64,000 nt of DNA from Myxococcota bacterium (GCA_965247115.1 CBDFGR010000003.1:928001-992000); one strand, 5' to 3'. Shown: positions 18,852 to 28,445, counted from the first letter of the stretch. Made by a program: numbers and translations. The notes: generated from the letters alone by a model not told the origin.

Positions 18852-19067
18852 CTACTTCCGGCGACGCGCCGAGGCGCGCTCTGTGGCCGTCACGCCTCCC
18901 CTCTCCACGAACTCGCGGAGCGCTGACGGCGAGAAACGCAACCACCGCCCCAATCTGACCGCGGGAAGTACTCCCTGGTCGACAAGGCCGTATACCATCT
19001 GGCGATCTGCGGAGAGCAACCGGGCGACTTGGCGCGCAGTCAGCAGTTCTGAGTCGGGCTTTTGCAT
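18852..19067 (-). CDS. Excisionase-like HTH (HTH_17) protein
   Basis: LLTARQVARLL...VYGLV..G.LPAVRLGRWLRF. Confidence 0.85.
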   Translation of the reverse strand: MQKPDSELLTARQVARLLSADRQMVYGLVDQGVLPAVRLGRWLRFSPSALREFVERGGVTATERASARRRK

Positions 19068-19289
19068 CTGGCGATTCCTTGAGGGGGCATGGCCCGTGCT
19101 CGCGAGCCATCGGGAAGTCTAGCGAGCCTTCCCCCCTTGGCAAGGTTTACTGACTCTATAAAGATCCATGATGACACGGATCGCCGATTCGTAATAAACC
19201 CACCTATAAGCGCTCTAAATGGATGATTAGGTGTAATCCCTTACACTGCGTGCTTGACCACTGCGATGAATTGAGATACTGGAAACCTA

Positions 19290-19502
19290 ATGAACGACCC
19301 AGAAAATATTGACCTCGGAGGTCGACCACCGTTCCCCCCGGACAAGCTCCGGGATCGGGCGGTGAAGTTCATGGTCACCCGGCGCGAGCTGGAGGCCTTG
19401 CAAGCAGGTGCGCGAGCGGCGGAGCGCAACCTTGCGGAGTACGTCAGGTCGATCGTGCTCACCCGGCTCGGCATTGCCAGAGAGGAGGAAGAGAACCGAT
19501 GA
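19290..19502 (+). CDS. Small ribbon-helix-helix-like DNA-binding protein
   Basis: GRPP...RAVKFMVTRRELEALQAGARAAERNLAEYVRS resembles MobC/CopG-like RHH; ATGA overlap with integrase. Confidence 0.6.
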   Translation: MNDPENIDLGGRPPFPPDKLRDRAVKFMVTRRELEALQAGARAAERNLAEYVRSIVLTRLGIAREEEENR

Positions 19503-20674
19503 CTCAACAGCGCGGTCAGATGATAAAGGATCCAACACACGACGGTGTGTGGAGGCTCCGCTGGTTCGAAGGTCGAAACTCGAAAGGCAAGAGGATCTAC
19601 CGCTCGAAAACGGTGCATGGCAAGCGTAAGGCTGCCGAGAAGGAGCTGCGTCGTATTCTCCACTCGAAGGACGTCGGCAAGTACGGCTCACCCAGTCGGG
19701 TGACCGTTGACGAGCTGCTCGACAAGTGGCTGGACGAGGCCCATGGCCAGCGTGTCTCCGGCCGCACGCTCGCCACGCACCGCACCTTGCTCGATACCCA
19801 CGTCCGCGAGGTGATCGGACACCGCCGAATTGACCAGCTGAACACCCTGCAGGTGCAAGAGCTGCTGAACGGAATGAGTAGGCGTCGTGGGAGGAAGCTC
19901 TCGCCGCGGACGCACCAAATCGTGTTGCAGCTCCTCCGCTCTGCGCTCAGAAAGGCCCGCACCTGGAACTTCATTGCGCACGACCCCACCGACGACGTCG
20001 AGGTGCCCCGCGACGCCAGCCAGCGCGGTAAGCGACGAGTCTTGAGCATCGAAGAGCTGCGCCGCTTCCTGGCTGAAGCGGGTAAGCGCGATGACCGAGG
20101 GAACTCTACGCGGTGGCTGACGCTCTGGTCGCTGGCGGCTACGACGGGTGCGAGACCAGGTGAGCTGCTGGCGTTGACGTGGGCGGACATAGATTTGGAC
20201 AGGGGTGAGATCCTGATCTGCCGAGCGCTTACCAAGGACGTGGAGGGAAAGCTCCTGGTCGGTCCCACAAAGACCCAGCAGACCCGCCGCGTGTCGATCG
20301 ACACTCCCGTCATCGACACCCTGGCGGCGCACAGGCTCGCTCAGCGTGAATACGCATTGGGGTTGGGACCCGCATACGACCGAAGCGGAGATCTCGTCTT
20401 CCCCACCCATCGAGGCGCCCTGCTCCACACCGCGAATGTGCGCCGCGAGTACCTGGCTGTAGCTAAAGCAGCGGGGATCACGGGTGCGCGCGGACCCTAC
20501 GACTTGCGCCACACCGCGGCGAGCCAGCTCTTGGAGGCGGGTGTCCCGGTCACTGACGTCGCTCAGCGGCTTGGGCACTCCGTCGACACCCTGACCACCA
20601 CCTACGCGCATGCGTTGCCGGATAACCAGCGCCGCGTCGCCGACATCGCCGGCAAGCTTGTCTTCGGGCGGTAA
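19499..20674 (+). CDS. int: Tyrosine integrase
   Basis: TGARPGE (R), PTKT (K), YDLRH, LGH, TTYAH catalytic residues; N-terminal arm-binding-like region. Confidence 0.95.
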   Translation: MTQQRGQMIKDPTHDGVWRLRWFEGRNSKGKRIYRSKTVHGKRKAAEKELRRILHSKDVGKYGSPSRVTVDELLDKWLDEAHGQRVSGRTLATHRTLLDTHVREVIGHRRIDQLNTLQVQELLNGMSRRRGRKLSPRTHQIVLQLLRSALRKARTWNFIAHDPTDDVEVPRDASQRGKRRVLSIEELRRFLAEAGKRDDRGNSTRWLTLWSLAATTGARPGELLALTWADIDLDRGEILICRALTKDVEGKLLVGPTKTQQTRRVSIDTPVIDTLAAHRLAQREYALGLGPAYDRSGDLVFPTHRGALLHTANVRREYLAVAKAAGITGARGPYDLRHTAASQLLEAGVPVTDVAQRLGHSVDTLTTTYAHALPDNQRRVADIAGKLVFGR

Positions 20675-21697
20675 TCCGATGGTGCTGAACCGAGAGTTTG
20701 CTTTTCCGAGCTAACGCTCGGATCTGTCGTAAGCTGGCAGACGTCGGTTGATATGATCGAGTTGTGCGGATAGGGGTTCCTTTGTGGCTTACTTCCTCCA
20801 AGGCTTCGCGGTCTTCCTCGGTGTAGTGGCAGGCACAGCCGTAACGATCCTCGTCGGGCTCTACTTCCGCCGAAGAGAGGAAGACGCAGCAGACGCGAAA
20901 TCTGCGCTTTGAACTCGAACTCAATATTGGGAAGATCGAGAAGTGGCTTGAGGAACTCCAGCGCTATCGGGATGCCGTAAACGGGGACTCTCTCCAGACC
21001 TACTTTGGTTACTTCGATCTCCACAGATTCGTGTCCGTAACTATGAACGCAATGTTTCTGTCTGGCCTTCTTTACAGGAAGCTAGACCGTGGAGAGATCG
21101 GCAAACTCCAGATGATAGTCTCCGAATTCTCAGCCAACGGAGAGCAATTCATCACGAGTCAGCTAAACGAGAACAAAGAGGCACTCGAGCGCTGCACGAT
21201 GGAAGGTCATTTGGACCTATGGACCTCCGACTTCAAACAGCGTGCGGTTGCCCACATCCACTTCTGGGAAAAGAAATCGGAATTACCTAGTTTAGGGTCT
21301 TGGCATTCTTCTAGCGAATCCCTTGCTCTTTGAGCTTCGCGATTAGCTCCGCTTGTGTACCCGCGCCTTTCGTGCTGTTACACGCGCCACAGAGCAGTTG
21401 CAGGTTGTCGAAGTGATCGGTCCCGCCTTTGCTCTGCGGAACTACGTGGTCAATTGTGAAGTTGCGGAATGGGAACGCTTCGCGGCATCCCCCGCAACGC
21501 CCCTCCTGCTTCCCGAATAGCTGGTGCTTGTGCGTGCGGTAGCTCGGGAGCTTGCCTAGGTCCGTGCGCTTCGGAATGTCGGAGCGTCGGATCGGCTCGA
21601 AGTTGTGGAACAGGTCAAGGTCGATTTGACGTACGCGGAGCTGTACGAGGTCCACGGCCTTATCGGATATATCGATCCCGACCCATTGACGGTCTAG

Positions 21698-22972
21698 CAG
21701 GCTGCGGAGAAAGTGACTGGTTGAGGGGTGGTCCTTCCGACGAGGGGGTTCACCGGCCGAGGGGCGGGGCGCGATTCCCGGTTCGAACCGGTCTTGGGCT
21801 CCGCTGATCGCGGGGCGGTTTCGCACATGACCTACGTGGCCTCCAGCAGCTTGCGGATCCGGATCAGGTTGTAGGCTGCGGCCGTGAAGGTGAAGACCCA
21901 GCCGACCCGATCCGTGCCGCGGTGTCGGGTCTTGCGCATCAGCCCCACGGTCTTCATCCAGCCGAAGACCTCTTCCACCCGTTTGCGAAAACGCTGACTC
22001 AGTTCGTAGCCCCGGTGGCGCGTCGTCCGCCCGTCGATCGCGCTGCGTCGATTCGTCGTGTTCTGCGCCACGTGTGGGGTCACGCCCAACTCTCGAAGCT
22101 CTTCCACGAACCCCTTCGTGTCGAAGCCCTTGTCTCCGCCCAATGTCCTCCGACGCCCGCCTCCCAGACCTTCCACCATCTCGAGCGCCGCTTCGCGCTC
22201 CGCATATCCCGACGCCTGCGTGAGCTTCGCCGCGACCACCAAGCCGTTCCGGTTCTCCGTCACCACGTGTCCCTGGTACGCGAGTCGGGCGCCTTGGCCT
22301 CTCATACCGGCGAGTCGTGCGTCGGGATCCGTCGTCGACGCATGCGTCTGGTTGCTCCGCTTCTCGCCTCGGAAGTTCACCGTCGGGTTGCCCGGGTCAT
22401 CGTCGTCTCTCCGTTCCTCGTCCTTCCGTACGAAGCTCTTCTGGCTCGCCCACGCCTCGATCAGCGTCCCGTCTACCGTGAAGTGCTCCAACGACACCCA
22501 TCCCTCGGTCTCGGCCTGCTCCAGCACTGCGTCGAAGAAGTGCTCGGCAATCTCGCCCTTGAGCAGCCGGTCTCGGTTCTTCGTGAACACCGTGGCGCTG
22601 AACACCACCTCGTCAAGCTCCAGACCCACGAACCAGCGATACAGCAGGTTGTACTCCAGCTGCTCCACCAGCTGCCGCTCGCTCCGGATGGTGTAGAGCA
22701 CCTGCAGCAGCAGGGCGCGCAGCAGCTGCTCCGGGGGCACGGACGGGCGCCCTACGCCTCTGGCGTAGATCGCGTCGAAGCGCGGCGATAGCCGCTGCAG
22801 CGCCGTGTCGACCATGCGCCGCATCGCTCGAAGCGGATGATCATCCGGAATCCGCGACTCCAGCGACACGTAGCTGAACATCCCGCCCTGAAGCGTCCCC
22901 TGTCCTCTCACGCCTCCCCCTTTGGGGCTCGCTCCCAAGGTACCCTTCGATGAGGAGTTTTTCAGCAGCCTG
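21698..22972 (-). mobile_element. IS5-family insertion sequence (1275 bp)
   Basis: Imperfect TIRs CAGGCTGCGGAGAAAGT / CAGGCTGCTGAAAAACT; CTAG TSD at 21694-21697 and 22973-22976. Confidence 0.92.
21832..22911 (-). CDS. tnp: IS5-family DDE transposase
   Basis: GRPSVPPEQLLRALLLQ (DUF772-like), VDGT, GDKGFD, RKRVEEVFGW. Confidence 0.92.
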   Translation of the reverse strand: MRGQGTLQGGMFSYVSLESRIPDDHPLRAMRRMVDTALQRLSPRFDAIYARGVGRPSVPPEQLLRALLLQVLYTIRSERQLVEQLEYNLLYRWFVGLELDEVVFSATVFTKNRDRLLKGEIAEHFFDAVLEQAETEGWVSLEHFTVDGTLIEAWASQKSFVRKDEERRDDDDPGNPTVNFRGEKRSNQTHASTTDPDARLAGMRGQGARLAYQGHVVTENRNGLVVAAKLTQASGYAEREAALEMVEGLGGGRRRTLGGDKGFDTKGFVEELRELGVTPHVAQNTTNRRSAIDGRTTRHRGYELSQRFRKRVEEVFGWMKTVGLMRKTRHRGTDRVGWVFTFTAAAYNLIRIRKLLEAT

Positions 22973-23946
22973 CTAGGCGTTCTGCGGCCACGCAAGCCGT
23001 GGCGCAACCGGAGAATGGATCTAGAACTACATCGCCTTTGTCGGAGCTGGCCTTGATAATGCGGTCAAGTAGCGCCAGTGGTTTCTGTGTAGGATAGCCG
23101 ACACGCTCTTTGGCTCGTGAGTTAATTGGGGAAATGTCAGGCCACAAATCGGCGACCGCCTGGCCAGGCATTTCATCTAGATAGCGCTTCAACTGAGGGA
23201 TCTTACTCTCGGTATAGATCCGACCCTCGTCATCGAGTTGGTTCATCTTGTCTTCCGTCATACGCCAAGCCTTCATGATGCCGTGGAACTCGTAGACGGG
23301 TCCACGTCCCCCTGGAGCGTTCAGATTGTCTAGCCGATACGATCTCCCGTCATTGTCCTTGTGTGTGAACTTTCCCTTGATGTAGTCCGCCGAATAGGGG
23401 ATACGAACCCGGTTGAAGGTGTAGCGATCGCTGTGCGAGTAAAAGAGGATCCTGTCGCTAATCGATCCGAAACGCTTGGCGTCCGCATGGAAATTGAACC
23501 GCTTCCATGTGATTTCGTTGCGGAAGTTGCTTTGCCCGAGAATTGCATCCATGAGGGTTTTCAGATAATGGGACGCAGTAGGGTCACAGTGAAGGTATAG
23601 GCTTCCTGTAGGTTTCAGAACGCGCTTCATCTCGAACATTCGAACAGCCATCATGATGGAGTACGACTTCATGCTGGAACCGTGCGCCAACCCCGCCGCG
23701 TCGATAATCGAGTACACGGCGGGGTTCTGCTCTGCGATCTCTCCGTGCCATGCAAGATCCACGTCGTCTAGCGTCCACGTATCTTTGAACGCTGCACCCG
23801 CTGCCTGCGATCCGATAGGAGCGCTGTAGTTCTTATTCGAGTTGAACGGTGGGTCGAGGTAGATTAGGTCGACACTCTCGGAGTTCATACCGCGCATGAT
23901 GTCGAGATTGTCCCCGGTCCACATGGTCCGGTTCTTCCAGTTGGGA

Positions 23947-24825
23947 TCACTCAATATCAAGCTCAAGATTCGTGTTTGTCTTCGGGTAGGCACGTTGCAG
24001 CATGCGCCTGAAATGGTTCCATTCTATAGATCCACGCATGATCGCCATCACACCGGTTAGATGTCTTTGTAGCGCTGGATGTCCAATATCGGTGGTTAGC
24101 CACTGATGGTGCATTGCTCGGCGACGTCCCGTTTCAGTTTTAGGGTTTAGTCTCTCCAGTTCTTTCCTGACGCCGGGTGCTAGTCGATCCCAGACGAAGT
24201 CGTTTGTGTAGTGACCAACGACACTCGGACGATTCACCTTCATCCCCTTCCATTCCCAGCTACGGAGTCTGAAAATCTCCTTGTAGAACTCATCCGGGAA
24301 CCGCTTCGCCCATTTTGCATGTTCAGCGACGAGGTATTTGTCGAGTATCCGGTTAAGTGCATTCCGGTCCCGAATTTCTTGGTAACTGGTCGCTTCATCG
24401 ACCAAGGCAATGATGCCTACGATTGCTAGTCCCCGCAGAAGAACTTCACAGGCCGCCGCAGTACGCGCCTGTGCTGGCATGAGCACACCATCTTTTCTGG
24501 CGCGGAGGTACACTTCACATACTTTAGGGAGCAGTTCTGCCTTATAGCCATAAGCTTGTCCACGCCCAGGAATTGCAAACTTTATACGCCTGCTCGAAAC
24601 GGCTAAGTCTTTGTCTACATAGGGTTTTAGCGTCTCTGACGCGAGAAATGGGGCGATCTCCTCGAAACGGGAACCTCGGCCGTGAGGCCGAACTGATCGG
24701 TCAAGTGCTCGTAGAAAAGACGATTGTGTGAGTATGCGGGTGCCGTCATTGAGCACCGCACACTCGACGATAATGGGGCCAATATGCAGCTCGCCAGTAT
24801 GTGTTGCCTTGGGAAGGATGCTCAT
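23947..24825 (-). CDS. P63C domain protein
   Basis: LAIVGIIALVDEATSYQ, WAKRFPDEFY, HHQWLT.DIGHP.L motifs; ATGA overlap with transposase. Confidence 0.85.
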   Translation of the reverse strand: MSILPKATHTGELHIGPIIVECAVLNDGTRILTQSSFLRALDRSVRPHGRGSRFEEIAPFLASETLKPYVDKDLAVSSRRIKFAIPGRGQAYGYKAELLPKVCEVYLRARKDGVLMPAQARTAAACEVLLRGLAIVGIIALVDEATSYQEIRDRNALNRILDKYLVAEHAKWAKRFPDEFYKEIFRLRSWEWKGMKVNRPSVVGHYTNDFVWDRLAPGVRKELERLNPKTETGRRRAMHHQWLTTDIGHPALQRHLTGVMAIMRGSIEWNHFRRMLQRAYPKTNTNLELDIE

Positions 24826-25718
24826 TGCGTTACTCCCAGTCCGCGAGTGACGGTAAGGTCGAAGGCTTCGAAGGGATCAGCCTTCCGTAGGTTGTAGCGG
24901 TAGCAGAACTCGTCCACGTAGCGCTGCAAGTGCTTCCGGCTTACGCTGTGGAACTGTCCGAACATGCCGCGCTTTAGGAGAGCCCAAAACCCCTCAATCG
25001 TGTTGGTGTGAATGTCGCCGTCTACGTACCAGTCTTGGTGCTTGATTACAGCGTGCGGCAGAATCCTGGCCATTCCGAGATAGGCTTTGTACTCGTCTGT
25101 AATCAAGCTGGACCGCGTGGTATCGATGCGCTCGCGAACGAAGGCGCGCATGTGGCGGCCTTTCATCTTGTCCTTAGCCACGGCCTTCGCCGTTACCTTG
25201 CCCTCACGCTCTACAGCTCCAATCACGGGCGCTTTCTCGGTGCCTCGGCCTCTCTTATGCGTACCGCCCGGCCCTGTGCCCTTGGTGCCTCTTCTGGGCT
25301 TCCCGCCGACGTAGGTTTCGTCCATCTCGATGATGCCTGTAAGCAGGTTGCGCTGTTCTGCTTGGGTCATGGCCTTGCGGATTTGCATCGAGATCCGCCA
25401 AGCAGTGTTCTTATTCACGCGGAGGTCACGAGAGAGCTGAAGTGCCGACAGGCCCTTTCTAGCGTTCAGCATGAGCATGATCGCCAAGAACCACTTTTGC
25501 ATCGGCATGTGCGTATGGTGAAAGATCGTGCCGACCGTCACGCTGAAAGAGGTCTTGCAGTCGTAGCACCGATGCCGTCGGCGCTTGTCGTTACTGCGAG
25601 CCGTATTGACCGATCCGCAATAAGGACACGCTACCTCGTCGCCCCAGCGAGTCGCCTCCAGGTGAGCGATGCAATCCGCTTGTGTTGGAAAGCGCTCGAA
25701 AATCCCTATGATGTCCAC
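24822..25718 (-). CDS. tnp: IS1595-family transposase
   Basis: Zn ribbon CPYC...CYDC, EMDETYVGG, TDE, HTNTIEGFW, YVDEFCYRYN. Confidence 0.95.
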   Translation of the reverse strand: MDIIGIFERFPTQADCIAHLEATRWGDEVACPYCGSVNTARSNDKRRRHRCYDCKTSFSVTVGTIFHHTHMPMQKWFLAIMLMLNARKGLSALQLSRDLRVNKNTAWRISMQIRKAMTQAEQRNLLTGIIEMDETYVGGKPRRGTKGTGPGGTHKRGRGTEKAPVIGAVEREGKVTAKAVAKDKMKGRHMRAFVRERIDTTRSSLITDEYKAYLGMARILPHAVIKHQDWYVDGDIHTNTIEGFWALLKRGMFGQFHSVSRKHLQRYVDEFCYRYNLRKADPFEAFDLTVTRGLGVTQ

Positions 25719-25766
25719 GACGTATTCCCCTTGCCTGTGCCGATTTGGTTTCCTTTGTCAGAATCC

Positions 25767-25795
25767 AATATGGCGCAGGAAAGGGGGTATGTCAA
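25767..25795 (-). promoter_or_regulatory. Sigma70-like promoter with -35 inside the IS1595 TIR
   Basis: TTGACA-N17-CATATT pointing at the transposase; the other TIR has TTGGCA. Confidence 0.6.
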
Positions 25796-25989
25796 GACCC
25801 TAAACTAGGCAATTCCGAAAGAAATTCCAAGAGCACAAACTCACCCTCGCGGAGATCGCTGGGAACCTCAGCTGAGAGGACTCTTACAACGCGAACTCTT
25901 CGACCCGGGGTCGCATATGGCCTGGCGCTCTAGGATTGCTCCTGACGGCCGCGCAGGTTCGGCTCCGGCTGGCACAGGCTTCGACAATA

Positions 25990-26014
25990 GGCACCTATTT
26001 GGCACCCATTTTGA
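25990..26014 (+). repeat. Putative integrase arm-type site
   Basis: GGCACCTATTTGGCACccATTTTGA. Confidence 0.7.
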
Positions 26015-26055
26015 ACCGGGTGGCAGGGGCGCCTCTCGTAAGTCCCTATCGCCAT

Positions 26056-26133
26056 TGGTGACCCAGGCAGGATTCGAACCTGCGACTTCTTGCTCCGGAG
26101 GCAAGCGCTCTATCCAGACTGAGCTACTGGGCC
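26056..26133 (-). tRNA. tRNA-Arg(CCG)
   Basis: Cloverleaf: acceptor GGCCCAG/CTGGGTC, anticodon arm CTTGC-CTCCGGA-GCAAG, GGTTCGAATCC T-arm, encoded CCA. Confidence 0.95.
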
Positions 26134-26540
26134 ACTAAGGATTCCGCGCACTTAGCGCGCCGGCGCCGGACACCAAGCGTCGAAGTGTTGCCACAGTGTT
26201 GCCACGCGGTCAAACCGAGTGATCTCTGTCGTGGGGCCCTCCCAGATTGGATCGAGGGATGAGCGACGAACTGAACCTAGATCGCGATTTCGAGCAGGAC
26301 TGAGCCGAGTCCGAGCAGACCCTCAGGACGTTCGAGCTGCAGCTCGGAACGCACTCCATCTTGCACTCGGCCGAGCTAGCCAGCCGTAAGTGCGCGAATC
26401 GTGGAGTTTCGGTGGCGCTAGCGCATGCGACTGCCCATCGCACGCGCGAGATCAAGTCGCCGGCGTTTCGAGGGGTGGCCTGCGAGATTCTGGTTCAGTG
26501 GATGAGTTGCGCCAGCGGCGAGTCCACGATGGATCGGTTC

Positions 26541-28106
26541 TCATGGTTTCGAAAGGGCCTCCTCCAGACTATCGTCGGCGAGCTGTGTCAGGTCCGCCGC
26601 GGCCCTCTTCATTTCCTCGTGCTCCATGGCTCGAGAGATACCCTCTGTCTTCGTCGCTGCCCCCCACTTGCCCAGAAAAGGCTTGAAGACCAGGCGAAGG
26701 ACCTCGCGTATGGGCATGTGCCTGATGAAGCGTCGCAAGACCTTGAGGCTCTGGAGGGGGTAGCGGGTGAACTTGTACAGGATCAGGCGTCGCATCTCGA
26801 TAGAGCGGACGCGATCGATCTCCTGGTCGGGGAGCACCGTGGGATCGACGAGCGAGGCCCTGAAGTACTTGTTCCAATCTTTTTCGTCATCGACAAGGCC
26901 TCGTTGCACGTACTCGTTCCAGAGCGGAGTTCCGCGGTAGACACAGAGGCGCCCAAAGCCGAAAGTGTCGATGCGGATCCGGGAGGCGAACTCGTACGTC
27001 TTCCGGACGTCGTCCGCGGTCTCGTCCGGGTTGCCGAGGAGGAAGAAGCCGTGAACGATCTCAATTCCCGCCCTCTTGGCGGCCGTGACGGCGGTCTCGA
27101 TCTGCTCTAGGGTTTGCTCCTTCTTCAAGCGGTCCAGGATCTTCTGGCTCCCGCTCTCGATACCGAACATCAGCGTCCGGATGTTGGCCTTCGCCATGGC
27201 GGGGAAGAGATCCATGCACTTGGAGTCTACGCGGCCCTCGGCACCCCACTTGATCTCGAGCCGATTGTCTGTGATCCCATCGCACATCGCCTGGATGCGC
27301 TTGGGTTGCAGCAGAAAGTGGTCATCCACGAAAAAGACCGACCGGTATCCCTCACGGTCGAGCTGTTTGAGCTCCTCGACGACGTGACTGGCGCTGCGGG
27401 ATCGCCACTTCCCTTCGCTGAATATCGGGATGTCACAGAAGACGCAAGGCCACGGGCAGCCGCGTGAGGTCTGCATGATGGTGTAGCGATCGAACGAGAA
27501 CACCGCAGGCACGTCGAGAGGCATCGACTCGATATAGTCTACCGCCAACCCCTCGCGGTCCGGGAAAGGCCAGCGGTCCAGATTCCTCTCCAGGGAACGA
27601 TCGGGATTGTCGCGCACCCTGCCATCACGATCCGCCCACGTCACGCCGGCGACCGTGTCCGGATCGTCCAGGCGATCCAGAAGCTCGAGGATCAAGTCCT
27701 CACCGTCGCTCCGGCAGACAAAGTCGACCTCTGGGCATTGCTGCTTGACGCGGTTCGCATTGAGCGTGGCGAAGACGCCGCCGAAGGCGATCTTCACGCC
27801 GGAGCCCGCGCGGATCTGCCGCGCGAGTATCTTCGCATAGGGGTAGCTTGTCCCGGACAGGAAGCTCAGTCCCACCAGGTCCGGCCTCTGGCGGTGGATC
27901 TCATCAAGGATGGTCTCGTTGGGTGTCTCCGGGTTGGCTTGATCGAACATCACGCACTCATGGCCGGCCCGCTTGAGGACAGCGGAGAGTGACATGATCC
28001 CGATTGGCGGGAACCCAATGATCCGGACCCGCCCCGCTTTGGAACGTCTTGCCTCCGGGATTCCGTAGAATTGAGGGTCTCGTACATGAATCAAGAAGGT
28101 CCGCAC
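26541..28106 (-). CDS. B12-binding domain radical SAM protein
   Basis: PPIGIMSL..., RGCPWPCVFC (CxxxCxxC), FGIESGS. Confidence 0.92.
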   Translation of the reverse strand: MRTFLIHVRDPQFYGIPEARRSKAGRVRIIGFPPIGIMSLSAVLKRAGHECVMFDQANPETPNETILDEIHRQRPDLVGLSFLSGTSYPYAKILARQIRAGSGVKIAFGGVFATLNANRVKQQCPEVDFVCRSDGEDLILELLDRLDDPDTVAGVTWADRDGRVRDNPDRSLERNLDRWPFPDREGLAVDYIESMPLDVPAVFSFDRYTIMQTSRGCPWPCVFCDIPIFSEGKWRSRSASHVVEELKQLDREGYRSVFFVDDHFLLQPKRIQAMCDGITDNRLEIKWGAEGRVDSKCMDLFPAMAKANIRTLMFGIESGSQKILDRLKKEQTLEQIETAVTAAKRAGIEIVHGFFLLGNPDETADDVRKTYEFASRIRIDTFGFGRLCVYRGTPLWNEYVQRGLVDDEKDWNKYFRASLVDPTVLPDQEIDRVRSIEMRRLILYKFTRYPLQSLKVLRRFIRHMPIREVLRLVFKPFLGKWGAATKTEGISRAMEHEEMKRAAADLTQLADDSLEEALSKP

Positions 28107-28445
28107 TCTGCCTCCGATCTTCGGTCTCGATCGGCGGCTAGACTAGCTCAGGTCGCGTCCAACTCCATCCGTCCGAGTCGTTTCCACTTCCACCGAGCGC
28201 AAGTCATCCACGGAAGCAGAATCTCGCAAGCCTCCCCCGAACTGAGCGAGTGCAAGAAGTTCCAGAAGCACGGCTGGCAGAGGACCTTCGTCTGGCCGTC
28301 GTCAACGTGCGAGTCGCTGAACTTCATCACAGCGGTTTGCTGTAACTGGGCCTAATTGGCAACTTCCTGGCGCGCATCGGGTGCGCGAACGGGAATGGGA
28401 GGCGATTCTAGCGGTGGCTGCGGCGGAGCCCAGCCGGAGGAATGA

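Larger units (their letters stand above)
21311..23954 (-). pseudogene. Beta-class N6A/N4C DNA methyltransferase fused to C-terminal HNH nuclease, interrupted by IS5
   Basis: DPPF...DPFSGCAT...AAERL | IS | DRQWVGID...CGGC...IDHVVPQSKGGTDHFDNLQLLCGACN; removing IS plus one CTAG restores a 454-aa ORF. Confidence 0.9.
21278..25817 (-). mobile_element. IS1595-family transporter IS (ISNha5-like CGGnnTT ends) with passenger genes
   Basis: 31-bp TIRs 21278-21308 and 25787-25817 (28/31 match); 8-bp TSD AAAGAAAT at 21270-21277 and 25818-25825. Confidence 0.93.
20784..25875 (+). pseudogene. Membrane-anchored hypothetical gene, frameshifted (~20883) and interrupted by IS1595 element
   Basis: VAYFLQGFAVFLGVVAGTAVTILVGLYFRRREE, +1 shift, TQQTRNLRFELELN...HFWEKK | IS | FQEHKLTLAEIAGNLS*; reads in frame across the empty site. 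Confidence 0.65.
11033..26100. mobile_element. tRNA-Arg-integrated phage-satellite-like element (int, xis, primase-helicase, terS?, terL, MCP)
   Basis: Bounded by 45-bp direct repeats; hallmark genes inside. Confidence 0.9.

Noticed and set aside
18760..19143. N-terminal extension of the 813-aa primase ORF
   Set aside because: Overlaps the excisionase gene; better GTG start with RBS at 18759
20550..21024. Minus-strand ORFs downstream of the integrase
   Set aside because: Shadows of the plus-strand frameshifted membrane gene
11033..26100. Complete prophage
   Set aside because: No tail, portal, lysis or CI-type genes, and too small
28148..28355. Small ORFs between the radical SAM and gdh genes
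   Set aside because: No recognisable motif or RBS; likely intergenic
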